Positions 1 to 13,357 of a DNA stretch of 64,000 nucleotides are shown piece by piece. The stretch is from positions 15,440,001 through 15,504,000 of the forward strand of contig NC_087252.1 in NCBI RefSeq assembly GCF_037042905.1, given 5' to 3'. The translations under genes and the position numbers were made by a program. Position 1 is the stretch's first letter. Each line of letters opens with the position of its first letter. A model generated the notes under the pieces. The model saw nothing but the letters and a program-made list of their open reading frames with translations, made no database searches and was not told where the DNA came from. This stretch comes from Lytechinus pictus (taxonomy: Eukaryota).

Positions 1-2676
1 TTTTCTCTTGAAAACATTATTGTTGTGAAAATATAATCTGCCTTAAAATGCCTTTTTCATGTTCCATGATTCTATCCTTTTGATCATGCAAATCCTCTGT
101 AAATATTGTACTTTTTTGATAATTTATTTCAATAAACGCTTAAATAAAAATAAAAAAAACTACTAATTAGTTCTTTCTTCTTCCATTCCTACCATCCCTC
201 CATCATCCGACTTGCCCGGAATCAATGGGCGCAAATTTGAATGAAAGCGGGATTTAATCAATAACTCGCGAGACAACACATCATATTCATGGGGTATTTG
301 GATTGAAATCAGAGAGTATGATATGACGCGTATGTCAATATGTGCGTAATATGCCTATGTAGACAAACCCAATGATTCCATGTGAACGGCGCAAAGCCAT
401 GCTATTCCCTTTCTCTCATCCTCCCTATGTTTGTTCATATATCTCCCGTTTCCAATTTCAACTTCGGAGACAAAAAACCGGGAAGAAAGAAAAAAAGGGG
501 AAATTTTGCCGGTGTGCTGTCAGAAGTGAAAGGCAAATATGTCATTTTTGCATCTCATTATTGTCAATTTCCGCGGGTTGAACGTTTCATCAATCAATTT
601 GGGGGGAGGAATATTTTTGATGTGTTGGCTTAATCCATTGATGTCTCCATTCTAAATGGGAAGTATTTGAACTGTGAGGCTGGAAGTGATCGTCAATGGT
701 TTTTTTCAAAACCACATAGTTCTTATACATGTATGTACTAAATCAGTCTGATAAATTAAAATGTGTATCAGGCTTAAGCACTGAGTGTCTCATTCATTCC
801 TCTTTTTGAGTTTTGATGAATATTAAATGGAAAGCTTTTTTAATTTCAGAAAGGATATAAAGGACGATTTGCTTAAAATGTGTTAATCACTATTTTGGAA
901 TGCAATCTCGTTATTTGTCATTCAGCACAAAATCATTGTGATCTTGCACTTTTACTTGTAAATGTGTTCATTTTTTTAATCTCAAAAGATATTAATATAG
1001 ATTTGCATGTATGTCAATATTTTTCTTTATATTTCAGATAAATTGGACAAGTAAATGTTAGGTTGAATTAATAACAAAATAATAAGGAAAACTGGTTAAC
1101 TACTGGTCTGAGACTCTGAACTATTTCTGTCAGACAAGCAAAGAAAATGGGCTGGTGATCTATGCATTCTTGCTCCTACTTGTGAAGTGCCAATTGCCTC
1201 CACGCTTTTATTCTCTGTCTAGTTTTATCGCCCTTCATTCTATTCGTATGCATATCACTTCTATTGTCTGCCAGAGGTGTTATAATATAAAACCCAATTA
1301 CACTGAGAATGGAAGAATATTGTGGCTCTCACTATGTACTGTATGTGTTTTTCATGCAGGGAAGGCTTTTCTATATTTTGGTAATGTTGGAAGACTTCAT
1401 AATCATGATTATTTAAACAAAAATCACATCTGGAGTGAGTTTTAACATCTCAGTTTATTCAATATGGATCATGATTAATACATTCAACACATAGATATGT
1501 TCCAATAACTGTATAATAACCCAGGCCTGAATAAAGCACGTTTTTTCCTCTCGTGAGCTCAATTTTCTATTTCGATTAAATATTGTTGATTAATGAGGCT
1601 TTTATCTGTCACTGATTTTATTTTTAAATAGGTATATGTATTTGGAGTCATGATTGATGTTATATTGAGTGCAGCATCACTTTTCCAAAATCTTAAATTG
1701 AAGTTTAAGTTTGTCCATGATATATACAAATTTTTTTGTTTTATTCAATATATGATAAAAGCATGATGGTATTACACTGGAGCCGTCCAGTCTCTGCAAC
1801 ATCACAACGATTCTCAAAATGAGTAAAGCATCGAGACATTAAACAACCTCGAGACTTTCTCATCGGCTAGCTAGCTACCTCCCATTTCAAACCAGCCCCA
1901 AATCCCTAAATAGCCACACTACTTTTCAAGTGAAATCTCTCATTTGTTTCCCCTTAGTTGTCTTTCAAAAGACAAACTCCCGAGCCTATACCCATCCGGC
2001 CTATGAAATTTGGCCGGGCTTTGTAAGAGGCGACTGGCTTCTAAATCACCAACACTCTCCGTCCTCAATCACCCCTCCGTTTTGAGTGTATTGCTACTTA
2101 GCCAAGAATACTTTGCCACAATCTTCAAATTGATGTTGCCGTTTGAAAAGCACATATATATTGGGCGCTAAGTGCGTCATTGTAGGCTCTTGAAAATAAG
2201 CCTTTATCCATGTTCCATTTCGAATCTACTGAAACCTTCTTTGATTCCAAGTTTTCCTTCTACATGTATATCAATAGATTTGAAATTTTAAAACACTGAA
2301 AAAATATATACGGCCTACATTCTATTTCAAATGTGGGAGGATTTTATTGGTTATCTTTCTTATATTTTGAATACAAAGTGCAAACATTTGTCAAAATTAC
2401 TTATATCTTCTCCATTCTTTAAGTAGATTTATTTGGGTTGAGTACTTAAAGTGTTCTCAATGTGTATCCTTGTCTTTGAAGTACGGTAGATCATTTTTTT
2501 TCACAAACACATCAAGTGGATTGTGCCAAAGGAATATTGAACACTTCGGTAACAGAAATGATTCTTCAGTCCATCACTTGTGTATGATCAAGTTGAAAAT
2601 CATGTATTCTTCTAATATGAGAGCTGTGATACTGTGCCTCTGACTCTTAAATTTCAAGGATTTTAAATAAATCCAG

Positions 2677-2806
2677 GGTCCCTTATCACAAAAGTTTGTG
2701 ATTGATCGTACGCATGATTTTCTTGATTGATTGTACATTGAAGTCAATGCAATCAGTCGTAAAGATATTGTTCTACACTGATTGCTAAGCTTAATGTTAC
2801 GGGGCC
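2677..2806. mobile_element. Harbinger-like MITE (GG(G/T)CCCGTAAC-type TIR family)
   Basis: Degenerate TIRs; internal similarity to 5333-5451 (reverse) and 55030-55153; left flank CAG. Confidence 0.75.
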
Positions 2807-3014
2807 CACATCAAATTTTAATAGTAACCATCCAATTATTGTTTTTTTAAATCTTAAGGATTATCTTTTCAATCTCAAAAGAGTTGAATTCAAATCTTTT
2901 AGCTTTATATTTAAATCCACCCACAAGTTTTAAATCCAAATAAAATATTTGGCTTGCCACTATTCACAATGGATCTGGATTGATTTTAAATCCTTGAAAT
3001 TAAGAGTATACATA

Positions 3015-3155
3015 CACTGTAAAAAATTAAGTGCTAATTTAGCACTTACAGTGCTTGTATAGTGACTGCACTACGAGTGCTGATTTTTGTAGTTCAAATT
3101 TAAACTAGAAAATCAGCACTCGTAGTGCTAAATTAGCACTTCATTTTTTACAGTG
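3015..3155. mobile_element. CACTG-terminal MITE (EnSpm/CMC-like), TA flanks
   Basis: ta|cactgtaaaaaattaagtgctaatttagcact...agtgctaaattagcacttcattttttacagtg|ta, with an internal palindrome. Confidence 0.85.
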
Positions 3156-4882
3156 TACGTCTGCATCAAAACCGGGATACCCCATCAGATTATAGAAAGC
3201 TAGTATGATATCGACAGAGTATAATGATCAAAGACAGGATTCCATATCTCGATCTCTTTTCTTTTTTAAAATTATTGTCTGCATCTTTCTCGAGAACAAA
3301 GTAAGTCCGTTGCGTCACCTCTTTTCATTTCCTGGCGATATCTTTGTGGTCAAAGTGGAGCGGGCATCCACTTAGATACCTCTTAGTTTTCTTTGGTATA
3401 TTTTGACCAGGCTAGTTGATTCATATTGGTATGCATTTATCAATCTCGACAGCTTGTGAGAGAGATGATTCAACGTTTCGTGACAGATATTCAATGCATT
3501 ATCCAAGGATATATCTAGTAGACATCCTTTGTGAGGAAGTGCTTCACTTTTTTTTCCCTTTTTTATTTATTTGTTTAGTATTATTAGTTATTTATTTACG
3601 ATTTTTTTTTTGGGGGGGGGGGCCGGTGTCCCTGTAAATTCTCTGAGCTTAGATAAGGGTGTATTCCTTTCTTAAATAATTTCAGAACTTTTTATCCCAG
3701 TGATTCACATGAATTACATTATTGACGGAAATTCAAAATTATTTTAAGAAGTATAGTGTGAATTATAGTATAGCTGTTTATCTAAACCATAATGTTATTT
3801 AATTAAGACTATGGTCGTTATTCTGAAACACATTTTTTTGTTTTTCATATCTTAGAGTAATCAGATCCATGAGCATAATTTTTCACTTTCCAACTAATTG
3901 TTACAGACACACAAATAGGACCTTGCAGCTCAGATTTGTAAAAGTCAAATCAATGTTATCAGGCATGTACCTAGCATGTAGAATGCATTAACTGCACACC
4001 CATAAAATTTGTTTGAAAATGCATTAAAATGATGATCAAATTTTTCAGGGATGCAATATCCATATTTTGGGACTGATGACCTTTTTTCGCTCATCAAACT
4101 TTTTGAGCAGATTTTCACCCCATTAACATCCGACTCTGGGTCCAAGCCTGGTTATTTTAAACCAATGCGTTTGAGGGAAACGTTGTATTCAGTGTGTATG
4201 AACAGGGCCAGTTAGATTGATACATTACATTGCAAATGAGAAGAGTGATAGGATTTATTGTACTACACATGTATCTTGGTGTTCAGTAAAACCGGTATGT
4301 ATCATCCAATTTGATAGATCTGTGAGTCAGAGGGGGGGGGGGGGGGGGGGGGGGGGAGAGAGAGCAGAGAGAGGGTGAGAAAGAGAGAGAGATGGGGAGG
4401 TATTGGGAGAAAGGAGATATAAAAAAATGCAAGGGAGATGAAGAAAATAATTAATAATGATTAATGGTAAGGATGAAATGATAATGATAATAATTTTAAT
4501 GAAATAGAAGGAGAGAGAAAGAAAACACATTTGTCACATTAATTGAATATGGTGTATCATTTTCAATATCTTCCTGAAATGTTAATGGGGGAGATGATAA
4601 AATAAAAGGGTGGGGTGATTGAAAGGGGGGGGGGGACAAGGTTTGAACAAAATCTGATTTGAGAATTAAAGGGGAGGGAAATGTAATATCTATGAATTTT
4701 GAGTAATGATTAGAAAGAATGTGTTCATTTCATTAGTGTGATTTTTACTTTGATGAAAACACTTGATTTTTTTCACCTCTCGTTTATTTTGCATTCTCAA
4801 ATATGAAATGTAATTATTTGCATCTAACCGATAATAATATTTGCCTATATAAGTAGTTGATGATGGCAAAATTATATATGAG

Positions 4883-4967
4883 ATGTATAATGATTAACTC
4901 TGATTCTATTTATCTGTTTTACTTTCACGCTTCTTCAACTGCTGGTTTCTATCAACAACAGGTAAGA
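4883..4967 (+). other. Candidate recursive splice site (zero-length exon) CAG|GTAAGA at 4961/4962
   Basis: No AG between 4883 and 4959; branch-like TGATTAAC/CTCTGAT at ~4891-4904; pyrimidine-rich tract; acceptor immediately followed by a strong donor. Confidence 0.6.
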
Positions 4968-5332
4968 ACAAAACACTTTATATATTTTGTATGTTGGTAT
5001 AGACTGGGTTCATCTTTATACTCATATACCTATGAAAAGAGAAACCAAACGTGATGTATTCTAAAATGTAGACAATATACCTACATTTTAGAATAATTTT
5101 AAATGAAGTTCTTGCTGTAAAGTGTATACAGAGTCAGGAAATGACGAGAGAAGGGAAGAGAGGGAGGGAGGAGATGGAAGAAGGAGAGAGAATGAAAGAG
5201 AGTGAAAAGGAAAGTTTAAGAATAGTTATGCTATGAAGCCTTGTGAAGGACAAATGTTTACATAATGAATTAAAAATTTTGCCTTTTTTTAAGTGTATCA
5301 AAATACTCGTCACCATTCTATCATCTTACCAG

Positions 5333-5451
5333 GGGCCTGTAACACAATGATCGTAGAACATTTTTCTATGACTGATTCCATTGACTACAATATACAATCA
5401 ATCGTAAAAATCAAGCGTACAGTCAATCGCTAACCTTTCTGTTACGGGACC
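5333..5451. mobile_element. Harbinger-like MITE, CAG TSD
   Basis: cag|gggcctgtaac...gttacgggacc|cag. Confidence 0.8.
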
Positions 5452-5454
5452 CAG

Positions 5455-5579
5455 GGCTTTGCATCATAAAGAGATACAATCAATTTTAAAATTGATTGTA
5501 ACTGAGAGTCTATTGCAAACCATGTGCAAAGAGCTACAATTGATTGTATGTATTAATCATATCTCTTTATGTTACACCA
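5455..5579. mobile_element. Second Harbinger-like MITE abutting the first, CAG on both sides
   Basis: 'catcataaagagata' / 'tatctctttatgtta' inverted ends; CAG at 5452-5454 and 5580-5582. Confidence 0.6.
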
Positions 5580-7799
5580 CAGGCATATATGATGTATCTG
5601 TAGGTTCATTTCATTAAGCCTTCAATGTGAAAACAATTTGAAGGCTCTAGATCCAGCCTTAAATCAAACAAAGCAATCTAGAGCAATGACATGAGCTTAC
5701 AGTGGTATGAAGAAAATCTCAAATTCAAGTAATATTAGTGATTTGATGACAGCATTTCATCCCAAACCACAGGAAATGAACAAAAGTAAAAAATTGGATA
5801 CCAATAATATCGGCATGAATATTAATCCGATTGAGTCAGACTATTTAGTTTCTTTGATGGCCCCCGCCTAGCCTCCGATGCCATAGACAATAGATTGTTT
5901 ATTACCATGCCGACTCACGACTCCCAGAACTGCAGGTCTTTGCCAAGGGCATAGGGATATTGTTTTCCATTTCTTTCCGCAAGGCTACTCCATTGTCCTC
6001 CTTGCAAGCAATTCCATTCTCGTTTCCAAGCAATCATCAAATTCCATTTTTTGTTGGTTCCTTCTATTCCCTGGTATCGCTCACCCCAACCATCCGCATC
6101 ATAAGTCCAGTTCATTTTGATCAAATCAGTCGTTGGTAGGGATTGATTACGGGGGCGATTGAGATTCTTTTCTTGCGCTTACAAAGCTCCGTCCTTTCCA
6201 CTTCTCTGATGTCTCTCGTAGTTAAAAGAAATATGATTTCTACCTTGTTCTCGGTTTTCCCCTCGTGCTTTCTTTCCGGTTATAATTTGATATTTTGTGC
6301 TTTGATCCCATTGGGGTTGGGTTATTGTGAGCTTGAAGAATGTACATCATCGGTCTATGTCTTGATGCCCCATCTGCCGGGACGTTTCAATTCTTATTTG
6401 GAAGCAGACAGTCACATTATGTCATCACTCCGGCCATTAGGGTGCTTTCTACAGATATTTTCTTCTGACTCCATCAAGAAACTTTTTAGTTGAGACCCCA
6501 GTTTTCCGACCGTTTTCATTATTTTCATTCATTTTTTCCCTCATTTCCAACAGAACGGTAAAAATCCATATAATTACAATTGGATTGAGAAACAAACATG
6601 TAATACAATGTGTGTGTGTAATGCATATAATTATACCTTTGAAACTTAGATGGATTATGAAATGTTTCTTGCAGAAATATGACGTGTTTGAAATGGAGAG
6701 GTCTGTTACGGCACATTTTGGTAAATTTCCAAAATGTGTAATTTACCATGTGTCGTAACAAAGTTACAGCACATTTTGGCGACTGTATATGCGGTAAATT
6801 ACCAAAATGTTCAGTTACCAAAATGTGCAATAACATAATTACTAACACATTTTGGTAAGTTGCACAATTTGGTAATTTACCATTCCTCGTTTTTTAAATT
6901 GCCAATTTAGTGTTCTTGTGTAATCTAATCTAAACATCACATTCCATATTTTTCATTGACTTACGTATAAAGAGTATCATAGACCATTGTAAAATAGAAA
7001 AAAATCTGTAGAAAATTGTAAGTTCCATGCTGATAAGATTGTCTAAATTAATCACTTATGTACTGTTTTGTATTCATTGCATTTGGCTTTGAATTTCATG
7101 ATTTTTCAATGTTTTTTTTTGAGTGGGGGCTGAAAAATTGTGTTTTTGTGAAATTTTTGGAATTCTTTTTTCGTCCTGAATTCCATTAAATTTTCTATTT
7201 TCTGTATCACGAAAGATGGGGAACCCTACTGAAAGCTATTGCATACATGTATCGCTCCTCTTTGCTTTGAATATCATGTCATTGATTTAGTGTTATTTTG
7301 AATCTACTGATACAGTATACATATATATTATTTTTTTTGTCAGAGCTAGCTATATATATATATGTCAAAAAGTAAATGTAGAATAATTATCCTGTATTTG
7401 ATAGGAGACATTGTGATCAGCAAAGAATGTGGATATAATAAAGATACAATAGTAGAAGTGCAGAATCAGGGGGAGAGAGAAAAAAAGAGATTGAAAAAAA
7501 GAAAGAGGGGGATAGATGAGAAGGAGAATGAGATGCACGTCGCAGTGTACATGCCATCATTGTTATCTGTTTTTTATTGTAGCACTCGGAAGCACGAATC
7601 GTAAATAATGCTCTATTCAATGTGTAGCCATGCAATCAAATTTGAATTAAGCTACACTTGTTACATTTAAGATCAACAACACGTTAAAAATCCTCCTGTC
7701 TCCGTTGTAGCATCGAAAGGAGTTGTCTGATTCGAGAACCCATCCCTTTCCCTCAACCTACTGGCCTTGTCCTTTAAGATTTGAAATTTAAAGTAGGGA

Positions 7800-8930
7800 G
7801 GCAAATGTGAGGCATTTCCTGTCCATTCCTGCTCATGCATTATTACAAACATGGTCCAAATAAAGCACCTTGTGTCCCACCCCACCAGTTACACATGTCC
7901 TCCCTTAACAACACAAATGAGCAGCATAAAACACTTTTGTACCTCTGAGAGTAGAAAAGAGAATGGCTTTAGGTTGAAGCCGAATGTAAGATTTCCTGTC
8001 CACTCGCGGTCATACATTATTACAAACTTGGTCCAAGTAGAGCACCTTGGGTCACCCCCCACCCCCTTACACACACACCCTCCCCTAAACGATATAAATT
8101 GGCACCCAAAAAACCTTGTGTAGCCCCAAGAGTAGAAGTGAGCAGCTTAAAACTCCTTTGCACCTCTGAGAGTAGAAAAGTGAGTGGCTTCAAGTTGAAG
8201 CCAAATGTGAAGCATTTCCTGTCCACTGCCACTCATACATTATTACAAACATGGTCCAAACAAAGCACCTTGGGACACCCCCACCCCCTTACATACACCC
8301 TCCCCTAAACAACATGAATAAGCAACATCAAACCCCTTTGTACCCCAAACAGGAGAAAAACAGAGTGGCATTAGTTGAAAATAATTGTGAAGCATTTCCT
8401 GTCCACTACTGTTCATGCATTATTACAAACATGGTCCAAACAAAGCACCTTGGGACACACCCTACCCCCTTACATACACCCTCTCCTAAACAATATGACT
8501 AAGCAACATCAAACCCCTTTGTACCCCAAACAGGAGAAAAACAGAGTGGCATTAGTTGAAAATAATTGTGAAGCATTTCCTGTCCACTCTTGCTCACGCA
8601 TTATAACAAATATGGTCCAAGTATAGCACCTTGGGTCACTCCCCTTACACTGTAGAAACACTGTTTATTATATGAGCCCTACAGTAGTTTAACAGTTTAA
8701 ACAACCATGCTTCACTTATAGAGAATTAATCATTACAAATTAAACCTTGTTGTTTAGGATTTTAAAATATTCTTTAAACCATTTAAACAACAGTAACGTT
8801 TATATATTGTATACAATTTTCAAATAGTGTTTTTACTATACTCCCTTCCCTAAACAATACGAAAAAGCAGCATAAAACCCCTTTGTACCTCCACAGTGGA
8901 AAAAGAGAATGGCGTTAAGTTGAAGCCGAC
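7800..8930. repeat. ~181-bp tandem repeat, about 5 units
   Basis: 'gcatttcctgtccact...cattattacaaacatggtccaa...agcaccttggg' recurs near 7812, 7990, 8212, 8392 and 8573. Confidence 0.9.
8648..8838. mobile_element. Degenerate CACTG-terminal MITE inserted in the 181-bp tandem array
   Basis: cactgtagaaacactgttt / aaatagtgtttttacta; the array unit resumes at ~8840. Confidence 0.6.
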
Positions 8931-9299
8931 GATGCGCGTACAATCAAATTAGCCCACTGATGTTTGGTAGGAAAGTAGCGAAGTAGCGCAAAGACAAGTC
9001 CCCCAAGAGTCACAGCAAGTCATGCGAGTGGTTCGTCTGACACTTTGGAGTTGGTCGTTAGCATATATTCTTGGCTAGCTGCATCTTTTGCCTTTGTGCA
9101 TGTTTGGAAGGGTTGGAAAGGAAGAAAATAGAGAGAAGATGCAGGGAATAAACAATATCTTCAAAGCTGCTTGTTTCATGAAATTTCATCTGAGTAAAGG
9201 ATGAGGCTTTCAGGCACGGTGACTATGAGCAGAATAATATTGTTATCAGCATTCATGTTGCAAATAATACCCTAGAAAAAATAATACCCTAGAACATTA

Positions 9300-9530
9300 A
9301 TTTCAATCAATTCAATTCAATATATTCAATTCCATAAAGGAAATTTGTTTTGGGATTTACATATATACATTTCATGACAACATCTAAAAAATACATGACA
9401 TACAACAGACATTAACAATGAATCTTTGAAGCAAGTTTTATGTTGAAGGTCATTATTTTTATTCCTATAGAGATGGTAATTTTTTTTTTGGCATTTGCCC
9501 AGCCTACCAGTTAGGTTTAATGGCAATATT
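9300..9530 (-). mobile_element. Probable LINE 3'-end fragment with (TTGAA)n tail
   Basis: (ATTCA)n-like run at 9301-9332 followed by an A-rich segment. Confidence 0.35.
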
Positions 9531-11729
9531 GAAATGTGACAGATCTGTTGTTGTGTTTCAATTAGCGTTGATGTTCAGAAAGATGATAAATACTGGCATG
9601 AATAATGAGTGTGTGTTTTTAGTAAAGGCTAAAGACATGAGAAAAATTGCACCAGATGGATGTTAAAGAATTTAACTGATCCAAGACCCCCTAAAACTCA
9701 TCAAGTTCGTGTCCTCGATTTTGTTTAATGGATTTGCCCTCTAAATCCACAGACCGTGAAATGATGTAATTATGACATCAGACTCGGTTCGCTGGGTCTT
9801 TCTGTTAAAAAGTCCCAAATGGATGACTTAGTCTTACATGCCCTCCCCCTGTTGTCCGGGGGTTTGCGGAATGGCGTCTCTGTCACGCATGTCACATTCA
9901 CTAATAGCCATTGTTTGCATTTGGTGTATGAGGTAGCACTCTGCCCTCTTTCGAGCCATTCATCTTTCTTGTAACTCTGACAAACTGCCATATTAGCAAT
10001 GAATAATTGATTATGTTGATAATGCCATCATATTCCTGAGATAATGTATGATTACAGAGGACTTAACTGTATAGTGTGAAAGCCATGTAACCTTGTTAGG
10101 AGTACATTTTCCCTCCATTTATCGGCTAATTGTGAACGATGCATTTTGAATTAATTACCTTAAAGGTACGAGTTTGATGAATGACTGTGTTTCTAGTAAG
10201 TATGTTGAACCCATTAAAGGCTGTTGGAGTATCAAAATGCACTTTACGTGGATTTAAACCTTCATGTGATGAATAATTGTGTTTAATACTGATAAATTAT
10301 TTTCATTGATCAGGTTAAAAAATTTAGGCCTAGTATTAAAGTGTTTCAAGAGGATTCATGTTTTTTTTATAGATAGGCCTACAGATAGCTATTCAAAACA
10401 ATGCGAAACGGAGGCGTTGCCCTGGAAATAACCCCTGTGCCATTCTTTTGGTTTCTCCCTGTTTTATTTCGATGCACTTAAACCACCATAAAACACCAAT
10501 TCCATACATTAATCCAAATCCTCGTGAAAATTACCCAAACAAACTCCCAGGACAGAATGATCTCCGACGTTGTCCCCAAAATACCCTGAACGTTGTTGGT
10601 TGGCGAAGCTTAGTGGCCATACATCACTCACGATCCGTTAAAGCGTTATCTAATCCCACACCACTTACAATTCATGCTTGACATGCTCCGTAAGCTTTGT
10701 CGAAAACCACGCAATTGCACGCCTCCCATTAATGCACCATCGCACTCCTGAGGTACGCTCTGTCTGAAGGGGGCATTTATGACAGTCGGGTCATCTTCAA
10801 ATTCTGTTCTAATAACAAAAATGTCATAAACAATTGTCATAAATCAAACTTTACCTGAAATGCTAAATGAGTTAGCATTTCAGCATATTTTTGCTTCGTT
10901 GAACAGGGTGAATTTCTTAGCTTTGAAATATTTCCTGCTTGAATGTATATGCTTATTTGATTGTGTGATTTGTTTATGTTTAGTGGAATGATAGAATAGA
11001 TAAGATGATCATAATGTTATATAAATTCACTCGTTTATGACAAAGAAGATGAAATTGATTGTGTGTGTGTATATCAAACACAATTCTATATTAATTGTAC
11101 TATAGTTATGCATTTGAAAAGATTAAGCTACGAAATTAATATATTTGAAGATGTAGAAGTTTCATGTGAGTCTATTCATAGAAGAAAACAAAATGTCAAC
11201 TGTTTGAATGTCATGATTTTTTTTATATCAATTATCATGGTTTGAAGAAAGAAATGCATGCAATGTCACTTAGCCCCTTAACATACAACCCAAATTCACT
11301 TTGATTTCATTTGCCATTTCTTGGTGATATTTGGTGCAGAATGTGAAGGCTCGTTACCTAAAAGCTTTTTCTCACATCTTTACACAAAATCTCTCATTTG
11401 TGAAATCATGTAATGCTGGCACACCGCCCCTCTAAGAAATGAGTCGGGACATATGCAGGTTTCAGAAAGTGTTAATTGAATACCCCTTTTTTATGTGATC
11501 TCTGTATCTTGCATCCCATTCAGACAAAAGATGTTTTATACTGAAGCTCATTAAAGAAACATATATGATCGAGAGTCAAGTTTTCAGTTTTCTGAACTGC
11601 CAGTTTGGTGTTCTATGGTATTGTAGGTATCCCATTCCATGTTCTACGGTGACATGTACAAATACATGATGAAGCAAAATAAATAGTGAAAATCTTAAGA
11701 AAAATGTAAGCTTCCATGCAGATAAGGCT

Positions 11730-12170
11730 TAGCAAACACACTGTGAACACACTGTGAACACACTATGAACACACTGAGTACACTCTGAACACACTATGAA
11801 CATACTGTGAACACACTATGAACACACTATGAACACACTGAACACACTGAACACACTATGAACACACTGAACAGTTTATGAACACACTGTGCATACACAT
11901 ACACACACTGTGAGCGCAGAGTGAACACATTATGTACACACTATGAACACAGTGTGACACTGAATAAATTTTCTACTATGAACACACTGAAAATGCTGTG
12001 AACACACTGAGCACACTATGGACATGCTGTGAACACGCAATGAACACATTGTGAACGCACAATGAACACATTGCGAACACACAATGAACACATTGTGAAC
12101 ATACTATGAACACAATGTGAACATAATTAATGACACTTTGAATACACTGAACATGCTGTGAACACACTGG
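11730..12170. repeat. Degenerate (CACTGTGAACA)n ~11-bp minisatellite
   Basis: Direct reading. Confidence 0.9.
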
Positions 12171-12274
12171 AGTTGTGTATATGGTATGAGATTATCTTTA
12201 CATGGTTAAATTAAATCATTTTATAATTGTGAATCGCACCTTTGCAAAGTCCATATTGTGAAGATGGGTGGATG

Positions 12275-12652
12275 TACTGTGGACACATTGTGAACACACT
12301 TTGAACATGCTGTGAACACACTGTGAGCACACTGTGAACACACTTTGAACATGCTGTGAACACATGGGAAACACACATTGAACACACTGTGAACATGATG
12401 TGAACACACTGTGAGCACACTGTGTACACACAATGAACACAATGTGAACACATTACAAGCATGCTGTGAACACACTATGAACACACTTTGAACACACTGT
12501 GAACACACAATGAACACAATGTGAACACAATGAACATACTGTGAACACATTATAAGCATGCTGTGAACACACTATGAACACACGGAACACACAATGAAAA
12601 TACTGTGAACACACAATGAACACACTGTGAGGGCACTCTGTGTGACACTGGG
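12275..12652. repeat. Second block of the (CACTGTGAACA)n minisatellite, ending in ...GACACTGGG
   Basis: Direct reading; related motifs in mixed orientation at 40555-40830. Confidence 0.9.
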
Positions 12653-12997
12653 ATTTTTCCAACAGCAATGTTTTATTCCATCCATGTTCAGACACTAAGA
12701 CAAGTGTCATACTCTTTCGGTATAGCTACAACTGCTTTAAGAGTGTGAACACTGTCGAAACCAACTTGGGGTAATGCAATCTGATTTATCCAAGGTGTGA
12801 AGGCATAAAAGAGAGGGAGGCTGGACTCCACTTTGTGGGTTTTACCTCACCTGACTGAACCACCCCCCTCATGTAATGGGTGTTCAAGAGGAATCATTGA
12901 TTAGATATGCATAAATACAGATGACATTCACCAAGATTGCAGAAGTAAGCGTGGTCGACAACACGATCCATTTTGCAATCCAACTTTCAAAGAAATT

Positions 12998-13357
12998 GTA
13001 AAAAATAGCATTTGATATGAACATTTCAACCTATGAAATTCGAAACAACCAAAGTTATGAATATTGTTATTAATACGAAAATTGAAATTCCAATCTATTT
13101 TGAACTTCCCTGTAGAAAACAAAGCAGCATTGTAATGAAGTCATCGAATGTAATAATATCATCATTTTCTTTTACATAGAAAGATGTAAAAAATAGCATT
13201 TGATATGAACATTCTATCCTTTCAAATCATAAACAACAAAGTTACCAATAGGGGTATGAATACTAAAATTGAAATTCTGGTCTATTTTGAACTTCCCTGT
13301 AGAAAAAAACTAAACAAATAGAAGTAGTTTCAAATCAGAACTGTAATGGAGTCATCA
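12998..13357. repeat. Two-copy direct duplication (~188-bp offset)
   Basis: 'gtaaaaaatagcatttgatatgaacatt' at 12998 and 13186; 'tctattttgaacttccctgtagaaaa' in both copies. Confidence 0.85.

Noticed and set aside
1020..1057. tttcag-13 nt-gtaaat microexon
   Set aside because: Acceptor is plausible but the donor (AA|GTAAAT) is weak
7800..8640. CRISPR-like repeat-spacer array
   Set aside because: Whole units are homologous (no unique spacers), eukaryotic context, no cas genes
10845..10900. Minus-strand TTTCAG|GTAAAG recursive site
   Set aside because: Competing AG a few bases upstream, no pyrimidine tract, weaker donor
11976..12710. Cys/His/Val-rich ORFs
   Set aside because: Products of the 11-bp minisatellite
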